A stretch of 64,000 nt of DNA from an uncultured Candidatus Saccharibacteria bacterium (GTDB lineage Bacteria > Patescibacteriota > Dojkabacteria > GCA-002793355). The notes beneath the pieces are model-generated. The model saw nothing but the letters and a program-made list of their open reading frames with translations. It was not told the origin of the DNA and did not search any database. The stretch lies in the NCBI GenBank assembly GCA_964525295.1, contig CAZGEO010000002.1, forward strand, positions 65,230 through 129,229, written 5' to 3'. Positions 1 to 8,306 of the stretch are shown here, piece by piece (positions within the stretch are counted from its first letter, which is position 1; every line of letters begins with the position of its first letter). Position numbers and translations under genes: made by a program.

Positions 1-185
1 AGGTGAAACTCAGTCGGTTGTTGTTGTACCAGATAATGTTAAACGATACTTACCAGAAGATCTGGGAGTACTAGGGTAGTTTTTCGTTGTGCTTAATAAT
101 CAATAGTTAATTGATAACAAAGACTTTGAATTAAGCAACGAAAATATTGACTATTAATTATTAAATATTAAGTATTAAAAAAATT

Positions 186-1844
186 ATGAATAATGAATCA
201 AATTCGACAAATGCCCCGTTAAAGGTTATTCCTTTGTCAGGTGCTGAAACTGTCGGCTTAAACTCGTATATCGTAGAGTATAAAAACGATATTTTTATTA
301 TCGATTATGGCGTAACATTCCCAGCGGGTGAAACGTACGGAGTAGATTATTTATTGCCACCACTCGAATATTTGAAAGCAAATAAAGACCGAATCAAGGC
401 AATAATCGTGACTCATGCTCATCTAGATCACATCGGAGGAATTCCATTTGTGATAGATATTCTTGGTTACCCTCCAGTATACGGATCACCTTTTGCGGTT
501 GAATTCTTGAAAGAAAAACTTGCAGAAGTGAAAAAAGATAAAGAGGCAACGTTGAAAATTGTAGGTAAAGATGATGTTGTCAAATTTGGCGAGGTCTCTG
601 TTTCTTTTGTGCATGTCACGCATAGTATCCCACAGGCATACGCGGTTTGTTTGCATACTCCAGAAGGACGCGTTTTTTATACTGGAGATTACAAACTTGA
701 TGAAACTCCAATTAATCAACAACCCACCGAGATGAATAAAATTCGAGAACTTGGTGATAAAGGTATTCTTGTTGCGTTGCTTGATTCAACAAATGCATAC
801 GAACCAGGAAAATCAAAATCAGAAAGTGAAATTCTTGAGAATTTGGTGACAACAATAAAAAATGCTAAAGGGCGAGTCATAATTGCTGCTTTCTCATCGT
901 TAGTCTCGCGAATCGCAGGGATTATCGAGGCTGCAAAAAAGCTCAATAAAAAGATTTATATTTCGGGGCGTAGCCTTGAAAGTAATATCAAAATTGCGAT
1001 GAGAATCGGGTATGTTCATCCTCAAGCGGGAGTCATAATTAGTCGAAAAGACATGGATAAGATTCCAGATAATCAACTAATTATTTTGACAACTGGAAGT
1101 CAAGGCGAAGCAAATGCTTCATTGACCAGAATTGCTACTAATAGGCACTCATTCTTGACAATTAAGAAAACTGATACTGTCATAATGTCGTCAAGTGTCA
1201 TTCCTAATAACGTAATGTACGTGCAAAAGCTTATGGATGCCATCGCCAAAAGAGGCGCTCGAATCATCAATAATAAATTGATGAACGTTCACGTTAGTGG
1301 GCACCCAAATCAGGAAGATATGATTACCATGGCAAAAGCCTTGAAAGCTAAGTATTACATTCCAGTACACGGCTACACATCGTTTAACGTGCAACATAGG
1401 ATAGTTCTGAGCGATGCGGGAATTCCCGAGTCGTCAATTTTTGTACCAGTCGAAGGCGGCGTTTTTACCTTTACTAATGGCGTATTGACCCAAGACAAGA
1501 AGATAGAAGTAGAGCAGGTTCAAGCGATTGAACGTGATTTATTGGCAGAAAAAGAGCCGTTGATTACAGATCGTAAAGCAATGGCTTCTGACGGAATTTG
1601 TAGCGTAACAATTTTCGATAAGAAAGGAGAAGGACTTGCTTTTGGTGTAACGTTGAGAGGTTTTGCAAAGGCGGATGTTGCGCAGGAGATAATAACCCAA
1701 ATTAAGGAACGCTTGCACAATACAATTAAGTCTGTAAAGGATGATAAAACGGTAAAAAAACAAATATATACCCAATTGGGAGTATTCTTTTACCGAAAAT
1801 ATCAGAAATATCCAATATTGGCAGTTGATATTATTCATCTTTAG
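186..1844 (+). CDS. rnj: Ribonuclease J (metallo-beta-lactamase fold RNase)
   Basis: HxHxDH motif THAHLDHIGG. Beta-CASP architecture and a length of 552 aa are typical of RNase J. ATG at 186. Confidence 0.85.
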   Translation: MNNESNSTNAPLKVIPLSGAETVGLNSYIVEYKNDIFIIDYGVTFPAGETYGVDYLLPPLEYLKANKDRIKAIIVTHAHLDHIGGIPFVIDILGYPPVYGSPFAVEFLKEKLAEVKKDKEATLKIVGKDDVVKFGEVSVSFVHVTHSIPQAYAVCLHTPEGRVFYTGDYKLDETPINQQPTEMNKIRELGDKGILVALLDSTNAYEPGKSKSESEILENLVTTIKNAKGRVIIAAFSSLVSRIAGIIEAAKKLNKKIYISGRSLESNIKIAMRIGYVHPQAGVIISRKDMDKIPDNQLIILTTGSQGEANASLTRIATNRHSFLTIKKTDTVIMSSSVIPNNVMYVQKLMDAIAKRGARIINNKLMNVHVSGHPNQEDMITMAKALKAKYYIPVHGYTSFNVQHRIVLSDAGIPESSIFVPVEGGVFTFTNGVLTQDKKIEVEQVQAIERDLLAEKEPLITDRKAMASDGICSVTIFDKKGEGLAFGVTLRGFAKADVAQEIITQIKERLHNTIKSVKDDKTVKKQIYTQLGVFFYRKYQKYPILAVDIIHL

Positions 1845-1926
1845 TATTTAATAGTTAATGCTAGATTTGAAATTAAATATTACCTATTAAACTCAACAAA
1901 TAGGAACTTTCCTTGGGATTAATTTG

Positions 1927-1935
1927 TGCTATACT
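1927..1935 (+). promoter_or_regulatory. Extended -10 element TGcTATACT ending 6 nt before the ATG at 1941, indicating a leaderless transcript
   Basis: Matches the TGnTATAAT-type extended -10. There is no room for a Shine-Dalgarno sequence. Confidence 0.4.
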
Positions 1936-1940
1936 GACAC

Positions 1941-3194
1941 ATGGCATTATTCTCACTTTTTGGTGGGCAAAAAAAAGAAGCTCCTAAGCAAAGCAAGTAC
2001 CTGATTTCCCTCGATATTGGTACCGAGGTAATGAAAGGTTTGCTGTTTTCGATGTCGAATCTTGGGGTTGATATTTGGTCAACATATCAGGTTACGCAAC
2101 AAACTCATGCGATGCGTAGTGGTATGATTTTAAATCCTGAAACTGTAATTGAAAACGCTAAGCTTTGTGTTCAAAAATTGATTGAACCGCTAAGTGAAGA
2201 GGAAATTCCTTCAAAAATGGTGCTTGGTATGGCAGGTGAGTTAGTCAATGGAATTTCAATTCGTGTGTCATATGATCGTGGTGCCGATATGAAACGAAAA
2301 GTCACAGATGTAGAAGCTAACACCGTTGTTGAAAATGTAATTGGTGACATTTTGACGAAAGGAAAGGGAGAATTGGCCCGTCGATTAGATACAACCGAAG
2401 ATAATGTCGAAGTATTGCAAATTCAAGTTACGGGTATGTTTGCCGATGGCGCAAAAGTCGATACAATTATTGGATTAAACCCAATGGAGATTGTATTGAA
2501 CTTGTATGCGTCTTTTGCGCCGAAAACGTATATTGAAACGTTAAGGAAGATTGCGCAGGCACTCAATCTTGAAATTGCATCAATTGTGACGCAACCCTTT
2601 GCTGTTTCACGTTCCCTTGCTGGTAGCTGGGATTCGCAATTTTCTGGAATTTTTGTCGACGTCGGTGGTGGCACAACTGACGTTGCATTGGTACTCAATG
2701 GCGACTCTATTCAAACTCAAATGTACGCCTTTGGTGGTCGTGCCTTTACGAAGAAAATTGCGCAATCAATGGATGTCAGCTACACCGTAGCTGAGGGTAG
2801 AAAAATTAAGTATTCAACTGGCGAACTTCCACTTGACCTTCGCGACGAAGTTCGCCGCCTTATCGCACCAGACGTTCAACTTTGGATGGACGCACTGGTG
2901 GTCGCAATGGAAGAATTTGAAAATGTAGAAGAATTTCCACCACAATTCTACCTGTGTGGTGGTGGTGCTATGTTGCCAGATCTCAAAGAAGCGATACTTC
3001 GGTATCCTTGGCATAAATATCTGCCCTTTAAACGCCTTCCAAAAGTAATGCTGGTTACTCCAGATAAATTGGATCGTGTATATGATAAGAGTGGGCTTTT
3101 GGTGCATCCATATGATGTAACCCCTTCGTCTTTGGCGAAATTCTACTGGGAAGTACTCAGACAGCCACAACTCAATTATTTAGGAACATATTAA
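1941..3194 (+). CDS. Actin-like ATPase of the FtsA/PilM family
   Basis: N-terminal ISLDIGTEVMKG and FVDVGGGTTDVAL phosphate-binding motifs of the ASKHA/actin fold. Length is 417 aa. FtsA and PilM cannot be separated by eye. Confidence 0.55.
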   Translation: MALFSLFGGQKKEAPKQSKYLISLDIGTEVMKGLLFSMSNLGVDIWSTYQVTQQTHAMRSGMILNPETVIENAKLCVQKLIEPLSEEEIPSKMVLGMAGELVNGISIRVSYDRGADMKRKVTDVEANTVVENVIGDILTKGKGELARRLDTTEDNVEVLQIQVTGMFADGAKVDTIIGLNPMEIVLNLYASFAPKTYIETLRKIAQALNLEIASIVTQPFAVSRSLAGSWDSQFSGIFVDVGGGTTDVALVLNGDSIQTQMYAFGGRAFTKKIAQSMDVSYTVAEGRKIKYSTGELPLDLRDEVRRLIAPDVQLWMDALVVAMEEFENVEEFPPQFYLCGGGAMLPDLKEAILRYPWHKYLPFKRLPKVMLVTPDKLDRVYDKSGLLVHPYDVTPSSLAKFYWEVLRQPQLNYLGTY

Positions 3195-3197
3195 ACC

Positions 3198-5396
3198 ATG
3201 ATTGATGCAGTACCAGAGAAAAAAGTTGTCAAACTAAATATCACGATTGATGATGATATTAACCTGATTTTAGATGCAATTTCAAAAGTTGAAGCTGCAT
3301 TCATCTTATTAATTCTTCCCGAAGGTAATGATCTAGCCAATAGCCCAATCGGTTTGAAAGCACTTCGTAAGAAAACTTACGAGAAAGGGAAGAGAATGAT
3401 TTTAGTTGTCCCTTCTGGTCCCTCGTATGAACTTGCAAAAAGAGCCGGATTTATTGCCACAACTCAACAAGATGCCGTTACGAGCGATGTTTGGCAAACA
3501 GCAATTCAACAGTATGAAGAGTACCATCACGCGAATGTCGGCAAGAATTCAATGAAAGAGGTCCCAAACAAAATTGATAAAGGCGTTGAATATTTGAATC
3601 CAGTGAGTAAAGAACTACCTGTTCCCGAAATTGTCAGTTCAGGTATGCTAGCTCAAGAAGAAGCTGAAAAGAAGGCAGAAATTGAAGAGAAGCGAAATGC
3701 AGATATTGTGCCAAACGCTATAGAGATGAATTATGGAGAAGAATCTAAAACAGAAGAAATTTCGCTAGATAATGCAAACAAAACTATCGGAAAAGTCGAC
3801 GCAACCAGTGACTCGTCAGAAACCGAGAACTCATCAATTGTTGCAGAAACTAAAAAAACATTTGGCAACTTCTTTAAAAAGCTTCCTTTTGTGAAAGCTG
3901 AGCCGACACCAGAAGAAAGAACCACGCCACTTGAAATTCCTAAAACAACTCCAGTTGTTGCATCAAATCAACCAAAAAATCCAAGAGATGTAGGTATGAA
4001 AATTACTGGCATGGATTTTTCCAAAATGATTCGCCCAGGAAGCACCGCACTATATGCGAGAAAACCTCAACAAAAATCTGTGCAGCCACAAACAATTCAA
4101 GCACCTCCTGAAGTGAATACGTTTCACCCTGATGTTACACCAAAAAAGATTGGTGGGGTTTCTTTGCCAAGTGTAGCCAAGAAGAAGGGGTTATCTCCAG
4201 TTGCTAAGTTCGCACTATTTGGTGTCTTAGGCTTTCTCTTAATTGCTTTGTCAGGCTTTTTCGCCTACTATATCTATTTCCCAACTATTCGTATTGAATT
4301 ACAGGTTCAGTCAACTCCTGAAACTGTCGTTGATAAAGTTCTTGCGACTTCAGCGGTATCATCATTTGATGCGAATAAAAAAGAAATTCCATTAATCAAA
4401 GAAACCGTCGAAAAGAATGCGTCTTGGTCATTTGAAGCAACCGAAAAAGGAGTCGATGGCACAAAAGCTACTGGTACAGTAAATCTCGATAACTCTGATA
4501 CGGCTGATAAAACGATTCCATCAGGAACACTGTTAGTATCAGGAAACCTTAAGTTCGCGACTCAAAATGCGATCGTCATTCCAGGGAAGAGTGGCGGTGC
4601 GCTTGGTCATGGCTCGGTAAATGTTATTGCAGCCGATCTAGGTGAAGAATACAATATACCAATTAGCTCATCGTTTACCGTTACAGGATTTCCAACCGTT
4701 ACAGGGGGGAATACCGCAGCCTTTAAAGGTGGCACTAAACGAACCTTCACCATAGTTGGTCAAACCGATGTTGATAAGGCGACTAAAGAATTGCAAGAAG
4801 AACTTGAAAAACAAGGTACAGCAGAGCTAATGTATATGAATCGTGATACTGGGTACGTTTATATGCCAGACTCGGTAAAAACAACGATTAAAGATAAGGC
4901 AACGGTTACTCCAGCAGTAGGTACAGAAGTTAAAAGTACCGATGAACAGCCAAATATTTCAATGAATACTAAAACTACCGCATTGTATTATCAAAAAACC
5001 GGTCTTGATAAACTTTCAGAAAAGATGCTTCTTGAAAAATATCGTGCAGAAAAGAACCTTTCTGCAACTGATGCGGCATTAACGACAATAGAACAACTTG
5101 TCGTCAAAGTTGACAAGATCACAATAGACAAAGATGAGAAAGTAACCATTGACTTCACGGCTACTGGTCTTGCTACGTCAAAATTAAGTACTGAAAAAAT
5201 TAAGAATGATGTAGTCGGCAAGAAATGGCCAGAAATGCTCTCGATTGTTTCGCAAATTTCTACCCTTTCTCAGCAACCGGTGGTGAAGTTTTTCCCTTCT
5301 TGGATGCCTGATTCTCTTCGTTATGTTCCGAAAGAGACTGCGAGGATTGAAGTGAGCGTAAAGGTAGTTGCGCCAGAAGCGCAAGCGATTCAATAA
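3198..5396 (+). CDS. Bitopic membrane protein of unknown function
   Basis: Long ORF translationally coupled to the upstream ATPase gene. One clear TM helix (FALFGVLGFLLIALSGFFAYYIYF) follows a roughly 330-aa cytoplasmic region rich in E/P/K low complexity. The roughly 370-aa extracytoplasmic region is rich in T/G/V. Confidence 0.6.
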   Translation: MIDAVPEKKVVKLNITIDDDINLILDAISKVEAAFILLILPEGNDLANSPIGLKALRKKTYEKGKRMILVVPSGPSYELAKRAGFIATTQQDAVTSDVWQTAIQQYEEYHHANVGKNSMKEVPNKIDKGVEYLNPVSKELPVPEIVSSGMLAQEEAEKKAEIEEKRNADIVPNAIEMNYGEESKTEEISLDNANKTIGKVDATSDSSETENSSIVAETKKTFGNFFKKLPFVKAEPTPEERTTPLEIPKTTPVVASNQPKNPRDVGMKITGMDFSKMIRPGSTALYARKPQQKSVQPQTIQAPPEVNTFHPDVTPKKIGGVSLPSVAKKKGLSPVAKFALFGVLGFLLIALSGFFAYYIYFPTIRIELQVQSTPETVVDKVLATSAVSSFDANKKEIPLIKETVEKNASWSFEATEKGVDGTKATGTVNLDNSDTADKTIPSGTLLVSGNLKFATQNAIVIPGKSGGALGHGSVNVIAADLGEEYNIPISSSFTVTGFPTVTGGNTAAFKGGTKRTFTIVGQTDVDKATKELQEELEKQGTAELMYMNRDTGYVYMPDSVKTTIKDKATVTPAVGTEVKSTDEQPNISMNTKTTALYYQKTGLDKLSEKMLLEKYRAEKNLSATDAALTTIEQLVVKVDKITIDKDEKVTIDFTATGLATSKLSTEKIKNDVVGKKWPEMLSIVSQISTLSQQPVVKFFPSWMPDSLRYVPKETARIEVSVKVVAPEAQAIQ

Positions 5397-5601
5397 CTTC
5401 GTACATTTTATCGATTGTGTGTTTATTACTGTCGTTTAACAGCGTATCAAACACGAAATTATCATTCCAAAGCATGTCACAAAGTGCCATGATCTTGAAA
5501 TACAGCTCTTTTCTGAGCGATATAGAATTGTGTGTCATGTAAAGATTCTAAATGAATTTCAGAATAGTTTTGCGAAAATCTTGCTAAAATTAAGAAATGT
5601 A

Positions 5602-5621
5602 ATTTCATGGATACATGAAAT
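5602..5621. promoter_or_regulatory. Perfect 8-bp inverted repeat ATTTCATG-GATA-CATGAAAT, a candidate operator
   Basis: Palindrome 22 bp upstream of the XRE-family regulator start at 5643. Autoregulated HTH repressors typically bind sites like this. Confidence 0.4.
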
Positions 5622-5642
5622 CATATTGCGTACGATTTCACC

Positions 5643-6209
5643 ATGACAGATCAGCAAGTAGGGGCGATAATTAGAGAGAATCGTAAAAAATTAGGGCTAA
5701 CACAAGGGCAACTAGCAGAAAAAATTGGAGTCACCTGGGAGATGATAAGTCGATATGAAAGAGGTCGTTCCTCGGCGCTTTTGAAAATTCTTGAGCTGTC
5801 AGTGGCCTTGAACATTTCTCCAAGTATTTTTCTTGGTGGTACAGGTGGGTTTAGTGAAAATTCATCGCTTTATGAAACTGCAAATTATGTTCCCGTTCTT
5901 ACGTTAGTACCACAATCTAGAGATGAATTGTTTCAAGCTATACAGGTTGAACAAGAAGGCACAAAACTCTTTACCGATTCTGCCGGCGGTATTAAATTCG
6001 CAATAAATCTTGAACAGGCAAAGAGAATTCGTATTTCGGTGAGTACGATACTCTCAAAAGGTCTTTTAGTTTGTACAACTTCGCTTGAAGGTATGAAATT
6101 AGGAGATATTGTCGTGGCAGTTAAGGGTGGTTTATTGGTTGTTGAAAATTATGAACCTGGCTTGCAGGTATTGGCGAAAGTTGTGCAGTGGGTGGTGAAA
6201 TTTGGGTAA
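5643..6209 (+). CDS. XRE-family helix-turn-helix transcriptional regulator with an uncharacterised C-terminal domain
   Basis: N-terminal LGLTQGQLAEKIGVTWEMISRYERG is a canonical Cro/C1-type HTH. Confidence 0.7.
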   Translation: MTDQQVGAIIRENRKKLGLTQGQLAEKIGVTWEMISRYERGRSSALLKILELSVALNISPSIFLGGTGGFSENSSLYETANYVPVLTLVPQSRDELFQAIQVEQEGTKLFTDSAGGIKFAINLEQAKRIRISVSTILSKGLLVCTTSLEGMKLGDIVVAVKGGLLVVENYEPGLQVLAKVVQWVVKFG

Positions 6210-6328
6210 CACTTGAGGTAATTTGCAATAGTGAAATGCTTGCATGTAGTGTTATATTTTAATCTAACCACGTTGCTTGGGCGAATCCTCGGTTATGTTC
6301 TGGCGTGACATGCCTGTATTAAAGCGAT

Positions 6329-6356
6329 TTGACACTTTCTAAAAGTTTAGTATAAT
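6329..6356 (+). promoter_or_regulatory. Consensus sigma70-type promoter TTGACA-16nt-TATAAT
   Basis: Exact -35 TTGACA at 6329-6334 and exact -10 TATAAT at 6351-6356. The predicted TSS is about 6362-6364. Confidence 0.55.
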
Positions 6357-6367
6357 TCTTTGCAATT

Positions 6368-6457
6368 ATGTACTCTCGAACAAGTGTAAACACAATTAGC
6401 TCCCTCGGACTCCTCCTTAGCATTATTATTCTTTCAACATTCACTTTCGGGAGCTAA
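6368..6457 (+). CDS. 29-codon sORF encoding the hydrophobic peptide MYSRTSVNTISSLGLLLSIIILSTFTFGS
   Basis: The ATG lies 12 nt downstream of the perfect -10. The ORF is followed by a strong intrinsic terminator. It is below the 60-aa cut-off of the ORF track. A 9-bp stem (6396-6404 / 6449-6457) pairs across the ORF. Confidence 0.3.
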   Translation: MYSRTSVNTISSLGLLLSIIILSTFTFGS

Positions 6458-6486
6458 ATAACCATAAATAAAAATAAAGAAAATGG

Positions 6487-6516
6487 AAGCCTCCCGAAAG
6501 GGAGGCTTTTTTTTTT
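6487..6516 (+). terminator. Rho-independent terminator
   Basis: 9-bp GC-rich stem AAGCCTCCC / GGGAGGCTT with a GAAA tetraloop, followed by a 10-T run. Confidence 0.75.
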
Positions 6517-6538
6517 ATATAAATCAATTTAATAAAAA

Positions 6539-7564
6539 ATGCCAGAAGCAAAAGAGAAAATTTTTCTTGGTGACCAATCTCCGGGAATGGGAGGCCTGTT
6601 ACGTGCAGCTGCAGCTGAGAAAATTCCCGGCGCTGAAGTGACTTATGTTATTCAAGATGCAGATGCACCTTGGAAAGCTACTGGGTCATCAGTTGCAATT
6701 GTTCGCAGTCCAAAGTGGCCCGATTATTGGGCAACTGCAACAAGGAATGCGTGGTCACCAAATACACCGAATCATCAATCAGAAGGTTTTCGTAGTAGTG
6801 TAGGTGCCCCGATGGGATTGGTGTATTTAGCAGGGCCATCAGGAGGCAGTACTTTTCATTCTGAGCGTGAAAATGCGAAAGTTCTCGAACTCTCGACTGA
6901 AATGTTAGTTGAAGAGGTTACATGGGCCAGAAAAGTCGCCGAATTGATGGGTAAAACAGAAGGCGTGAAAAAAGCTGATGCAATGCTAGATCAATTAGCT
7001 AAGGAAAAAATGAATGTATATCAGTCAACGAAGTTTATTGCGAATGAGCAGGGCCTTTCTGTACCAATTGATGCAATGGTTGATTTATTTACCCGCGAGC
7101 CAGTCAGGTTAAGTGAGCATATACCGCCAAATAATTATTGGTTAATTTCTGCCTTAGGACATCGCTCTGAATGGGATGGAAAAGCACCTCAACGTGGTTC
7201 GATACTACTTCCTAAAGGGCACGCATTACCCCTTGAATTGGCAGCAAAGGGATATCGAATTGGCTACACAGGTATGAGTTACAAAGCGGAAATGCTTGCG
7301 ATGAGAGATCAATTCGTTCCTGGATTAGAAGTAAAAATGATGAATATAACATTCAAATGGGATTTCGATGGAGATAATCCATTAAAAGCATTGGAAGCCT
7401 TTTACATTCGTAAAAACCTAGAGCGTCCTGTTCCTAAAACAGTTTCAGTCGACACAGAAATCTTCGAAGGCATTAACAAGTATTGGATGGGCCGCCCGAC
7501 TTCGATTTCTTGGCTGATTCTTGGTGGGAAAATCACACCTGAATTTGAGTACGAAAACTTATAA
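6539..7564 (+). CDS. Hypothetical protein, 341 aa
   Basis: Long ORF with no recognisable motif. It starts directly after the terminator T-run. Confidence 0.55.
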   Translation: MPEAKEKIFLGDQSPGMGGLLRAAAAEKIPGAEVTYVIQDADAPWKATGSSVAIVRSPKWPDYWATATRNAWSPNTPNHQSEGFRSSVGAPMGLVYLAGPSGGSTFHSERENAKVLELSTEMLVEEVTWARKVAELMGKTEGVKKADAMLDQLAKEKMNVYQSTKFIANEQGLSVPIDAMVDLFTREPVRLSEHIPPNNYWLISALGHRSEWDGKAPQRGSILLPKGHALPLELAAKGYRIGYTGMSYKAEMLAMRDQFVPGLEVKMMNITFKWDFDGDNPLKALEAFYIRKNLERPVPKTVSVDTEIFEGINKYWMGRPTSISWLILGGKITPEFEYENL

Positions 7565-7582
7565 TTTTATCGATAATTATTT

Positions 7583-8305
7583 ATGGAAAATGACTACAAA
7601 GTAAAAGTTTTAGCAATTGGAGCTCACCCAGACGATGTTGAATTTGGGTGTGGTGGATTAATGAAAAAGTTTGCCAAAAAAGGATATAAAACTGCCATCG
7701 TTGACATGAGCCAAGCCGAACTGTCAAGTAATGGGACGGTCGATGAGCGCATGAAGGAGGCAGGCGACTCGCGTGAAATTTTAGGAGCAGCATATCGTGA
7801 GAATTTGAAGATTCCTAATAATTTCTTTTTTAATACAAAGGAATACCAAGACAAACTTGTATATGCAGTCAGAAAGTACCAACCAGAGATGATTTTGGCA
7901 CCATACTTTTTTGATCGTCACCCTGATCATGAAAATGCGTCAAAGCTGATTCGCGACACCTTGTTCACTGCAGGATTGCGTATGTACAAATCAGAATTTG
8001 AGAAACACAGGCCAATTTATGTCCTTTTTTATATGATGTGGTACGAATTCCAACCTTCTTTGGTCGTTGATATTTCTGATGAACTTGATGACAAAATCAA
8101 TTCTCTTTTGGCATATAAGTCTCAATTTGATTTAGCTCCAGGAAGAGTAAAAACAATAGATAATGAAGATGCAACTCTTAAATATGTTGAGGCACGTGCA
8201 AGAACTTATGGCTTCCCAATTCAACGGAAATACGGAGAGCCATACTTAAGTATCAACAATCTTGGTGTTGATGACCCATTTTCGGTATTACCTAACTTTT
8301 TTTAA
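7583..8305 (+). CDS. PIG-L/LmbE-family N-acetylglucosaminyl deacetylase
   Basis: AHPDDVEFGCGG motif and HPDH motif of the LmbE-like zinc deacetylase superfamily (BshB/MshB/PIG-L). Confidence 0.8.
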   Translation: MENDYKVKVLAIGAHPDDVEFGCGGLMKKFAKKGYKTAIVDMSQAELSSNGTVDERMKEAGDSREILGAAYRENLKIPNNFFFNTKEYQDKLVYAVRKYQPEMILAPYFFDRHPDHENASKLIRDTLFTAGLRMYKSEFEKHRPIYVLFYMMWYEFQPSLVVDISDELDDKINSLLAYKSQFDLAPGRVKTIDNEDATLKYVEARARTYGFPIQRKYGEPYLSINNLGVDDPFSVLPNFF

Positions 8306-8306
8306 T

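Noticed and set aside
486-946. Antisense ORFs of 60-180 aa nested inside confident genes. Examples are 486-722, 716-946, 9730-9993, 23738-24130, 24365-24796, 29078-29611 and 36736-36963.
   Set aside because: Each is fully embedded on the opposite strand of a gene with strong motif support. None has a promoter or terminator, and several are low-complexity translations of AT-rich DNA.
5260-5538. 92-aa minus-strand ORF partly in the 245-bp gap after the 732-aa gene
   Set aside because: Two-thirds of it overlaps the 3' end of the confident plus-strand gene. No motif, promoter or terminator supports it.
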